From positions 124,001 through 188,000 of the forward strand of contig NIVC01000301.1 of the NCBI GenBank assembly GCA_002269645.1: a stretch of DNA of 64,000 nt, read 5' to 3'. Position numbers and translations under genes: made by a program. This DNA comes from Macrostomum lignano (lineage: Eukaryota). Below, in pieces: positions 37,480-46,560 of the stretch. Below the pieces are notes generated by a model. That model saw only the letters and a program-made list of their open reading frames with translations, made no database searches and was not told where the DNA came from. Positions within the stretch are counted from its first letter, which is position 1, and each line of letters starts with the position of its first letter.

Positions 37480-40400
37480 TCATAAGATGGTGGCCCCGGA
37501 CCGAGGCCTCAGGCCGCCCTTCCAGGCCGGGTCCTCGTCCTCCGGCCCGCCGCCGCCTCCCCAGCTCCGGCCGTCTACCAGGCGATCCCGGATAGCCGCC
37601 AGCTGCCTGCGAAATCGGCGCACTTTCTCGATGACCTCCTCCTGCATCAGCTTGAAGCACATGGCGAACACGGACAGCCCGATGGCCACGTAACAGACCG
37701 TGGCGACCAGCTTCTCCTTCGGGTTCTCGCTGTCCACTTTGGTGCCTGGATTGGCAGGGGTGTCAGGGGTGCTGACGGCACGGCACGGGGCTTTTGCAGG
37801 ACTGAAGAGTCTGAAGCTTATCTGAGGAGTCTGAAGCTTATCTGAGGAGTCTGAAGCTTATCTGAGGAGTCTGAAGCTTATCTGAGGAGTCTGAAGCTTA
37901 TCTGAGGAGTCTGAAGCTTATCTGAGGAGTCTGAAGCTTATCTGAGGAGTCTGAAGCTTATCTGAGCAGTCTGAAGCTTATCTGAGCAGTCTGAAGCTTA
38001 TCTGAGCAGTCTGAAGCTTATCTGAGGAGTCTGAAGCTTATCTGAGGAGTCTGAAGCTTATCTGAGGAGTCTGATGCTTATCTGAGGAGTGTGAAGCTTA
38101 TCTGAGGAGTCTGAAGCTTATCTGAGGAGTCTGAAGCTTATCTGAGGAGTCTGAAGCTTATCTGAGGAGTCTGAAGCTTATCTGAGGAGTCTGAAGCTTA
38201 TCTGAGGAGTCTGAAGCTTATCTGAGGAGTCTGAAGCTTATCTGAGGAGTCTGAAGCTTATCTGAGGAGTCTGAAGCTTATCTAAGAAGTCTGAAGCTCA
38301 AAGTAGAAACCTGGGGCTTTCGAGCGCATCTGAAGTATCTGAAGTTCATACTCGGGAGGAACCTGAGGCATGTCTAAAATAAATTACACTTGAAACATTT
38401 CTACGAAATTTGCTGCTTAATAAAGAATTCCTTAGCTTTCAGCAAAACCCGAAGCAACTTAGGCTCGGCTCACCTGGCACAATATCGCCGAACCCGATCG
38501 TACTCAGCGTCACAAAGCAGAAGTAAGACCATTTCACGTAGTCTTTGTCCTCCCAGATCGTGAAGATGAGCGCCCCGAATATGATGTACAGCACCATCAC
38601 CGACAGGGACAGGAACAGCGGCACGGTGATCTGCCGCAGCGCCAGGCCCTGCATCGAGTCTTTGTCGTCGTCGTCTTCATCTGGCCGCGGCGGCGGAGTC
38701 GCCAGATAGCTGGAGAGGCCGCCAGAGGTGCTCTCGTGCACGCTGATGTAACTGCAGCGGCGCAGCATGGGGTTCGAATCCCGCTTGAACTCGTCCGCGG
38801 ACAGCAGCGACGTGTCCGACTCGCCCGACGATGCTGAGGACGACGACGTCGACCAATCATCGGAGAGTCGGCGGCGAATTCTGCGACGGCGGCGAGACGG
38901 CGGCTGCAGGCTACGCCAGGACGGTGGATCGGAGCGGCGTGGCGATGCGGACTCAGGTGCGGCGTCGGGGGCGGCGCCGGCAGAGGTTGGCGGCACCTTC
39001 AGCCGGGCTGTCGGCAGAGTTGGCTGTTCGGATCGGACTCGCCGGAGCTGCCGTCGCCGGTTTCCCGCGGCGGCGCTAGCGCAAGCAGCGGTGGTTGCTG
39101 AGTTGGCCGGCTGCAGCTCCCGGTCGATGTCCGCCCAGTCAACCACGGGCACCGCGCGCAGCTCCTCGCTAGTCCACTCTCGAATCGGCCGCTGTGAGAT
39201 AGGCGTCAGCACTTCGGCGTTCCAGCTTTCTTCGTCGGCTGCCGCTGACGCGGTGGTGGCGGCAGCGGCAGCAGAAGCTGCCCTCTCGGCAGCGAGCAGG
39301 GAATCAACGCCCGGCAGCTGCAGCGGGGCGGGCCGGGCCGGCAGGATGCGAGCCACCACGTAGGCAACACGGATGGAGGCGCCGCTGCCCGGGGACGGCA
39401 GCTGCTGGAGCAAAGGTGGAGGAGGGGGCGGAGACGACTGGGGCGGCAGTGGCTCCTGCAGCGCCGACCAGCCGAGCAGCGGGCGCATCTCGGGCGAGGT
39501 TGTCTCCAAGGTCGGCGACGAAGCAGCCGCCGCTGCTGATGCCGTCAACCCAACTGCCGCTTCGTCGTCTTCATCGTCTTCCTCATCCTCGACGCTTGCG
39601 GTGGATCGACAGACGGTCGTGAGGGCGGCACTGATCGCCGTCCAGGCCAGTCGGAACGGCGCCGTTGCCCAGCGCCGGCCAGACACGAGGCACGCGTGGA
39701 CCCGGCGCCGGGTTCGCCGGCGGAAGACGCGGCGCCAGGCGGGGCGCAGCAGGTCCCGGTAGAGCAGCCGGAAGCCGTCGGCCAGGTAGTCGCCAACGCT
39801 GTTGAGGTAAAGGAACACCATGGGGATGCCGAAGAAAGCGTACAGCATGGTGAGCAGGTAGCCGGTTGATGTCTTCGGCACGACCTGGCCGTAGCCTGCG
39901 GGATTGCGAGGATGAGAGAGATGAGCACATGGTGTGTCTTCTAATGTGCTGGAACGAATGTACCAGTATGTGCCAATTGTGTGATTGGCAAGCAGTCTAC
40001 ACTCTATGCAGTCAAAACCAACCGACGCACCGATAGTGGTGATGACAGTCACCACGTACAGCAGCGCGCCGGAGAAGCTCCAGTTCCACTCGTCATCCAG
40101 GCGGCCGTTCCAGCCATGCACGTTGACGTAGACCACCAGGTCGCGGCTGAACTCCATCAGCCGGGCGGCCAGCGCTGCCCGCAGGCCGGCCGAGGCCGTC
40201 GCGTTCGCCAGCAGACGCCGGCAGGTCTCGTTCAGACAGACCCGATCGGCGATCGCCTCCGCCATCTCGGCGCTGACGTTGTCGACGGCCTGTTCGAATC
40301 GGAGACGGACATCCTGGCGGATGGCCTCCTCCTGCGGCAGCTCCAGCCGGCGGAAGACCATCCCGCCCAGCACGGTGTACGCCACGATGGCGCCGAAGAG

Positions 40401-40769
40401 GCCCAGATTGGAGAAGGCGAATGCCAGGAAGCGTTTGCAGCAACTCAGAGCCTCTCGCGCTCGGCGCTTCCTGCGGAGCCGCTGCAGCTGCTGGCGCCGC
40501 TGCGACTTGGTCTGGCGGGCCAACCGGTTGGCGCCGCCGACGCCGCCGCCTCCGCGGTACACTGGCAGAATGCTCCGTCCACCGTCATGCGGCTGCCATC
40601 GCTGCCGGCGGCTCCAGAGCGTCAGACGCCGATGCTGCCGCAGGTAGTGCCGCGCCTGCTGCGGCTGCGGCTGTGGCGGGGTGCCGTCAGAGTCGATGGA
40701 CAGCGAGTTGATGACTCCCCGACTGGCCGCCGCTCTGGAGTTGGACGAGTTGGCGGCGGCGGTGTACAT
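37480..40769 (-). CDS. Two-pore-domain (K2P/TWK/KCNK) potassium channel, 3 exons: 40769-40031, 39895-38474, 37745-37480
   Basis: Pore 1 VITTIG|YG split by an intron, pore 2 LSTIGFGDIVPG|T. WSFSGALLYVVTVITT, YAFFGIPM and WSYFCFVTLSTIG are present, with four TM helices. Confidence 0.92.
37810..38300. repeat. 20-bp minisatellite (gagtctgaagcttatctgag) in K2P intron 2
   Basis: About 24 near-perfect units. Confidence 0.95.
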
Positions 40770-41574
40770 CAGGTAGGGACTGTTGCCGGCCTAAACTTCT
40801 CTTTTAGTTTCGAATATTTAAAAAGTCCAAGGAATCGTGGAGACTTCGAGACCGGAGGTTAAAATAGGAGTCAGCGATGGGACGGAGGTGAAGAGCCGCA
40901 GGGACAGGGAGAAAGTGAAAGACTTTTTGGGCAAACTGCAACGATAAGGAACTTTGAAGCGAGTCTTCTTCTAGGAGACCGGGGCCGCCGGCAGAATAGT
41001 TTAGGAAAAATGGAAGCAGCGGAGGGAGGGGCGACTTCTAAACGAGCGTCCTGAGCGGTCCGCAGCCGGCAATCCATTATCGTCATTGGGGTTGGCCCAG
41101 ATAAAAACTTGCCGGCGCTCCCGGGGTCGAGTCTGCGAGCGATGCCCGCCCGGTCTCCTCAATTCAATCAGAGCCGCCCGGCCCCCTCCCCGCACGGCCG
41201 GCAATTTTGTCAGGCGCGAGATTTGGCGCATCTAGTTAGGGCTCGGAGACTGGGGAGGTGCCGCCGCCGAGCCTGATTCCCTGACATTCGGCCCGGCCAG
41301 CCATGAGTCAGGCCAGCGATTTGCTAGCAAAGTGGGGGAGCAATACTTCTGCGGGGACACAAATTTCTCGCAAATTGGTGCAGCAGCGGTGCAATTGGGC
41401 ATCGATTTTTATTGATCCTCCATATGATCCACCGCTTGCTCTTTTATGAGAAGCTGAATTTCTGATGACGGAGAGACCTGCAGAGACAGCTGATGGTAAA
41501 GGCCTCTGCCCATGGCATGCCATTCATCCGTGTATAATGAATGCCATTTTTATGGGCCAAGGGCAAAAAGAGCG

Positions 41575-41890
41575 ACGAATTTACGTCGAAGGGTTATGAG
41601 CGTTGAGGGAGAGGCAAGGAGGAGAGGAGTCAGAGGAGTGGCTGGTAGAGTAACACTCAATGTACATCGCAGGGTTATGAGCGCCGAGGAGAGGCAAGGG
41701 GATGAGAAGTGAGTGACTTGCAGAGTACACTCAATTGTACATCGCGGGGTTATGAGCGCCGCCGAAATAGGACCCAGGAGGAGAGGAGTCAGAGGAGTGG
41801 CTGGTAGAGTAACACTCAATGTACATCGCAGGGGTATTAGCGCTGAGGGAGGGGCAAGGGGAGGGAAGAGAGTGACTAGCAAAATGCGCA
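41575..41890. repeat. Degenerate tandem repeat (gggttatgagcg...gtagagtaacactcaatgtacatcgca)
   Basis: About four imperfect units of 75-90 bp. Confidence 0.75.
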
Positions 41891-42239
41891 AGATGTACAG
41901 ACGATGAAGACTAAGCCGAAACTACTCGTACAATAGTTTTTTCATTCTCTTGACCCAGGGACAGCCGAATACTAAATAAAAATATTTACATGCCCCTGTT
42001 TCGAGGTTTTGCAAAAAGTTTGGCAGGAGTTGCAGAAGGATGCTCGGAAAGATCGGTTCATTTTCGATTCAACTGTCGCCAACGTAGAATGGCAGAATGA
42101 AACAACCAATGAGGAGAGTTTGATGAGGACGGTTGCACACGTTGGACGTTTGCAGGTGGGGATATAAAGGAGATAAGGCTAGAAAGATGTGAGATGTGAG
42201 ATTATCAGATAAATATCCCAGTCCATTAACTGCATCAGC

Positions 42240-42861
42240 ATGATTTCTTATTGCAAATTGCTTTTAGGAGTTCAGTTCATCTTGGCAAATCTGCTGAGCA
42301 TCGAAGCTGCCGCATCATTCGAGTTGTGTGAGCTGTGAGCTGTGTGAGTTGTGTGACCTAATGCAACCTGTGCGAGTTTTGTAACCGAGTGCAGTGTAGC
42401 ACCAGCTGCGCTCACCAGTAGCACCCACTCTGCGCGTGGAGTCCTGGAACTGGGCCGACCAGCTATTCACCACCGAGTACGAGTCATTCCAGGTAAACGG
42501 GCTGGCAACTAACTACTCTATGGACTACAGCATCAGAGTGGCCTCGGGCACGAACTCCAGCAACGCGTCCGGCTTCGAGCCGTTCTTCGACAGCTCCGGC
42601 CGGCCCTTCTCCACCCTGGACGTGGACAACGACCTTGAAGAGACACAGTCGGTGTCCCAGGCCGCTGCCGGAGGGGCTGGCTGGTGGTTCACTTTTCTCA
42701 TCAGCGTATACCTGAACCCCAACGGTCTCTACCCGCCTCCTGACAAGCGGATCTGCATCGAAGCAGCCTCCGACTTTAAGTTTATGCACTGGTACCTGAA
42801 CAACGGCACCGGCTGCGGCCGGGTCGCCGTGAAGGCCATCCGAATGATGTTGACAGTGTGA
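42240..42861 (+). CDS. Fibrinogen-related gene copy A: internally deleted (signal-peptide exon 42240-42327 plus FReD C-terminal exon 42422-42861); short isoform or pseudogene
   Basis: Signal exon MISYCKLLLGVQFILANLLSIEAAASFEL with donor GTGAGC. The PAN exon and N-terminal FReD exon of copy B are absent. A CAGTAG acceptor at 42416-42421 keeps the frame into PTLRVESW...FSTLDVDND...GWWF. Confidence 0.55.
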
Positions 42862-42963
42862 ACTTCCAGCTGATGGCAGCAAACTGGCTGGATAGATACT
42901 CAGAGTAGCCATCTTGGTGATTTTTTTGTCATTTTTGCTGAACTTTTCTTAAAAATTTCTTCT

Positions 42964-43373
42964 GTTCATCTGCAATCGTCTCTGTTTACTCCGTTTTCTC
43001 TCCCTCTGACCAGTTCAGTCTTGTCATTCTTATCTCTTCCTCGCTGTCTTCTGATTGGCTCCTCAACCTCGCCTCTTTCCCCAGTCCTGCACTCCACCCC
43101 TCACCCCTCCTTTTCTTATCTGCACTTAACCTCCTTTAATTTAAGGTCTTAATTCTAATTAAAAATAGTTATCTTATTTTTTATTACATTAAACTAGAGG
43201 GGGGCTAAGTGCCAGAGAAAAGTAGGATTGAAGTGCGCAACTGAGAAAAGAGGCGAGATTGAAGAGCCAATCAGAAGGCAGTGAGGGAGAGAGATAAGAA
43301 TATAACAAGACTGAACTGGATAGGCACGGAGAGAAAACACAGTAAACAGAGAGACGAGTGAGTGCAGATGAAC
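42964..43373. repeat. Long imperfect inverted repeat (about 170-bp arms, AT-rich spacer), MITE-like; duplicate at 56014-56425
   Basis: gttcatctgca...ctgattggctc...ctcgcctct pairs with agaggcgag...gagccaatcag...tgcagatgaac. Confidence 0.8.
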
Positions 43374-43799
43374 GTTTCTTCTAAAAATAGCATGCCTATC
43401 CGCCTTTAACCCACCTCTAGGCTGTTGCGTGTACATTTGCATTATGTACATTTTTCTATTTTTACAGATTCTATAAAAATTTTACTTCTAGCTCGTAATT
43501 CTTTAAGCAACGGTAACGACATATTGAAAAATGCACGCAAAAGCTGGATTTAAAACTACTTTTCTGAAAATAAACTATACTTATGAGCTCTTCTTAGCGT
43601 GCGACACTAATTAATTTTTTTTGATTTTCACGCACTCTGCTTTGGGTCTGAAGCCCAGAAGTTCCTTAGGCAAAAAGCGTCGCCTAGCCTCTTTGAAGAC
43701 ACTGATTCAATATTCTTCAAGCCTGCATATTTGTTGAGCCCCGTTGAAGGCATCCATACTCAGACTTGAGACTTGGATAGTAAACAAGATTTATTGATT

Positions 43800-45997
43800 T
43801 AGTGCCCCAAAGCAAAACACGAACACGCGATGTTGGCGAAAGCGAAAACAGTAACGAGGCCTCCAAAGCCGAAGCAACAATGGGAAAGCGCGCGAAAGAA
43901 ATAAAATCAAAGGAAACGGAACATAGAAAAGCTGATGCCAACGTCAAACGAGAGATCCCACACCTCTAGCAAACACGACGGAAGCTGCCAAGCCCTGCTG
44001 CGACTGCGGGAGATATCGCTGCACTGAGTCGCTCTTCCAGTCACCGATCCGCATGATGTCGGGCACCGGCACACCCAACACCGAGGCCCAGGTCGCGCCG
44101 CCACGGCGGAGGCTGTGGGCTGAGAAGTGCTCACGCCTGAAGCCCGCAGCCCCTAGCTTGTCCGCTAGGAAGCAATCGAGTTGCCTGCCCGTCAGCAGCC
44201 GCTGGTTGCCTCCGGCGTCGCGATAAGTGAACAGAGGCGCATCAGCCGATTGCAGATTATTGAATCTTGCGTGCTGCTCGATTGCTAACACCGGGCACAG
44301 CGACGTCCGCCTCACTAGCCTTCGTAGAAGCACCTGGTGCACCCGCTCTTTGAACTGGAGAGTCTTCCCTTGCTCCAGGCGCAAGATCAAACCTCGCGGG
44401 TGTCGAAAGATGTCAGCGCAGCGCACACGTGCCGGACCTTTTCCCGAAGTCGGCAGCACGCTGGATTTTCGAAGCATGCCCCACCAACAGCAGATGGTGA
44501 CTGCCCAGCATGCCAGCTGAAGCCCGTCAGAACGACTGACTCGCTGATGAATCTCCGGCAACATGAGCGGCGATACTGGTCGTTTTCTCGACACCCGAAG
44601 TCCCAGCTCTCGCTTGGCGCCTCGCAGGAGGAGAGTCGTGGCGGCATGCTTTGTCAGATCTGGTGCAGAGTTGACGCGAAACCATACGGACAGCGAGCTG
44701 GCGACAGAAGCAACGCTGCCGTACGCACGCAAACGCGTCCCGACTAGGCTGGCCAGGAAGTCAAGCAGGCTGTTCAGAGGACAGGATACAGGACTGCAGC
44801 GGGTCTGCCTGCAGTAAGCTAGCCACTCACGGATGTGCCTTGCTACCGCCTGCCTCGACCGTGGTGCATAGGAGACGCCTAGCAGCGACGCGGCCCGGCG
44901 GCTGAGAGAGTCTGAGAGAGTCTGAGAGAGGATGAAGAAAGTGGGCAGAGGCAGGGCAGAAAGCATGTCGATGCATTGATTGCAAAGCAAACGGGCACAA
45001 GTTGCCATAGCAGCGAAATAAAAAATTAATCAACTGACTGCGCTCGTGCAACCGAGACGCTGCATAGGCGAGAATTTGAAACTCTCCTGGCACATGAAAG
45101 GCTCGCACACTCAGACCATGCCGTAAAGACATCAACGCAATCGTTTGCAGTAACCTCTGCACGACAGGACACCTCGAAGTGCCATTATTGATAATATGAC
45201 AGGCCGCCATGTTGCCACAATAAACGCTAACGTTGCAGCCTTTCAGCTCTTCCCTCCAGCGCAGGATTGACAGCAGAGACAGGACTCGATCGCCACATGG
45301 TTCTTGAGAACAGGCCAGAGCTCCACCCACCGGGCCGACTCCAGCGCCACAATCCACCAGCTCAATTGGTCACAGAGCTGTAAGCTGACTTTAATTCTCT
45401 CGTCAGGCCGCATAGCGTTGCACACTTCGATCAGATCACGCAAAAAAGTTTTTCCTTTGCGAATCACCTGTGCTGCCCAGCCAAGCTTGCCGATCAAGCG
45501 TTGCAAAGCCCGCTTGCTGATCCTGGTTTTGCTCCTTTCAGTTGCTAACAACTCAGCGAGGTTCCTCGCCTTCTCCTCGGGCAGCCTCTTGATGCCGGCC
45601 ACTGTATCGAACTCGACACCAAGGAAGGTCATGCGCTGAGTTGGTGTCTGACACTTTGCCCAGTTTACAGTGAAGCCCAGCCGCGTCAACAGGCCTGTCA
45701 GCTCGTCGTAAAACCGCTGGCATTCGTCCCGCGAGCCCGCGAAGGCAAAATCGTCCAGGTAGGACTCGGTGCCCACAAAGCCTCTGCGCACCATCATTAA
45801 ACGCACAGCATTGCTAAGATGGTGAAAACAGGTAACAGAAGCTGCAGCGCCGAACGGCAAACGGGTGTCATACATGTAGGTGGCTGCCTTGGACTCACCG
45901 AAGCGGAACTTGATCCCTGTCCGGCTGAAATCATCGGGGTGAACACCACAGGCGCGCTACGCTTCGCTGAGATCCACCTTAGTCATAAAGCAGCCTA
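43800..45997 (-). mobile_element. Tyrosine-recombinase retrotransposon (DIRS/Ngaro/PAT-like), 5'-truncated: RT, RNase H, YR
   Basis: RT reads KVDLSEA*R (stop at 45957-45959), RLPFG, SYLDD, FLGVEFD. RNase H remnant has CGN and HVPG...LAYAASR, with catalytic Asp residues replaced. The YR ORF overlaps the RNase H region. Confidence 0.9.
43944..45008 (-). CDS. Tyrosine recombinase of the DIRS-like element (354 aa, uninterrupted)
   Basis: Catalytic set present: WGMLRKS (R), EQGKT (K), HSLRRGGAT (HxxR), GDWKS (W) and VQRY (Y). N-terminal core-binding domain precedes it. Confidence 0.88.
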   Translation of the reverse strand: MATCARLLCNQCIDMLSALPLPTFFILSQTLSDSLSRRAASLLGVSYAPRSRQAVARHIREWLAYCRQTRCSPVSCPLNSLLDFLASLVGTRLRAYGSVASVASSLSVWFRVNSAPDLTKHAATTLLLRGAKRELGLRVSRKRPVSPLMLPEIHQRVSRSDGLQLACWAVTICCWWGMLRKSSVLPTSGKGPARVRCADIFRHPRGLILRLEQGKTLQFKERVHQVLLRRLVRRTSLCPVLAIEQHARFNNLQSADAPLFTYRDAGGNQRLLTGRQLDCFLADKLGAAGFRREHFSAHSLRRGGATWASVLGVPVPDIMRIGDWKSDSVQRYLPQSQQGLAASVVFARGVGSLV

Positions 45998-46485
45998 CAG
46001 GTCTATTGTTGACTGGTTCTTCGGTTGCATTGTGCTTCTTTGAGTAGCTAGTCAACATTGTCACTGTTTAATCTCGGCTTCTTAAATCTCTGTTTTATTC
46101 CTGAATATCGGGTTTCCAGCTGCTGCTGCATGCTGGCGGTGGGGTTGTATGCTATTTTACTAGACTTGGTCAAAATATGCGGCCAAAATATGCAGCTCAG
46201 CTGTCACATACTCGTACTACACAGGCTACCATTATTCCACTTCGCCACATACGAAGCAAATTTAAAATGGAATTTATAATTAATTGACCGACCCCACCAA
46301 ACGAGTAGTCTAATAAGTAGTTTGGTTTTCTGCAATTCTGCACGTTGAATCCAAAAGGCATTGCATATCCGATTTTCTCGATATTGCAGCTTGCAGAAAC
46401 GGGCAGGCTGGCAAAGTTGGCAGAAATCCAGGAAATAAAAAAATACAAAAACAATGCAAAGTTAGGTGAAGATCAAACAATATAG

Positions 46486-46491
46486 TTTATT
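46486..46491 (-). terminator. Polyadenylation signal AATAAA of Arg-rich gene A; equivalent at 58894-58899
   Basis: About 70 nt downstream of the TAA in both copies. Confidence 0.6.
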
Positions 46492-46560
46492 TCAAACACC
46501 CATTAAAGAAGGGTCACAAAACCGAATCGTATTGATGTTTTAGAAGGTGAAAAAGTCCAT

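Noticed and set aside
8495-38300. CRISPR-like appearance of the regular 20-35-bp arrays
   Set aside because: Units are head-to-tail with no unique spacers, no cas genes, and the context is eukaryotic introns.
33325-40769. Functional bioelectric cluster (innexin plus K2P)
   Set aside because: Both families are large in invertebrates. Adjacency alone, with an intervening opposite-strand gene, is weak evidence.
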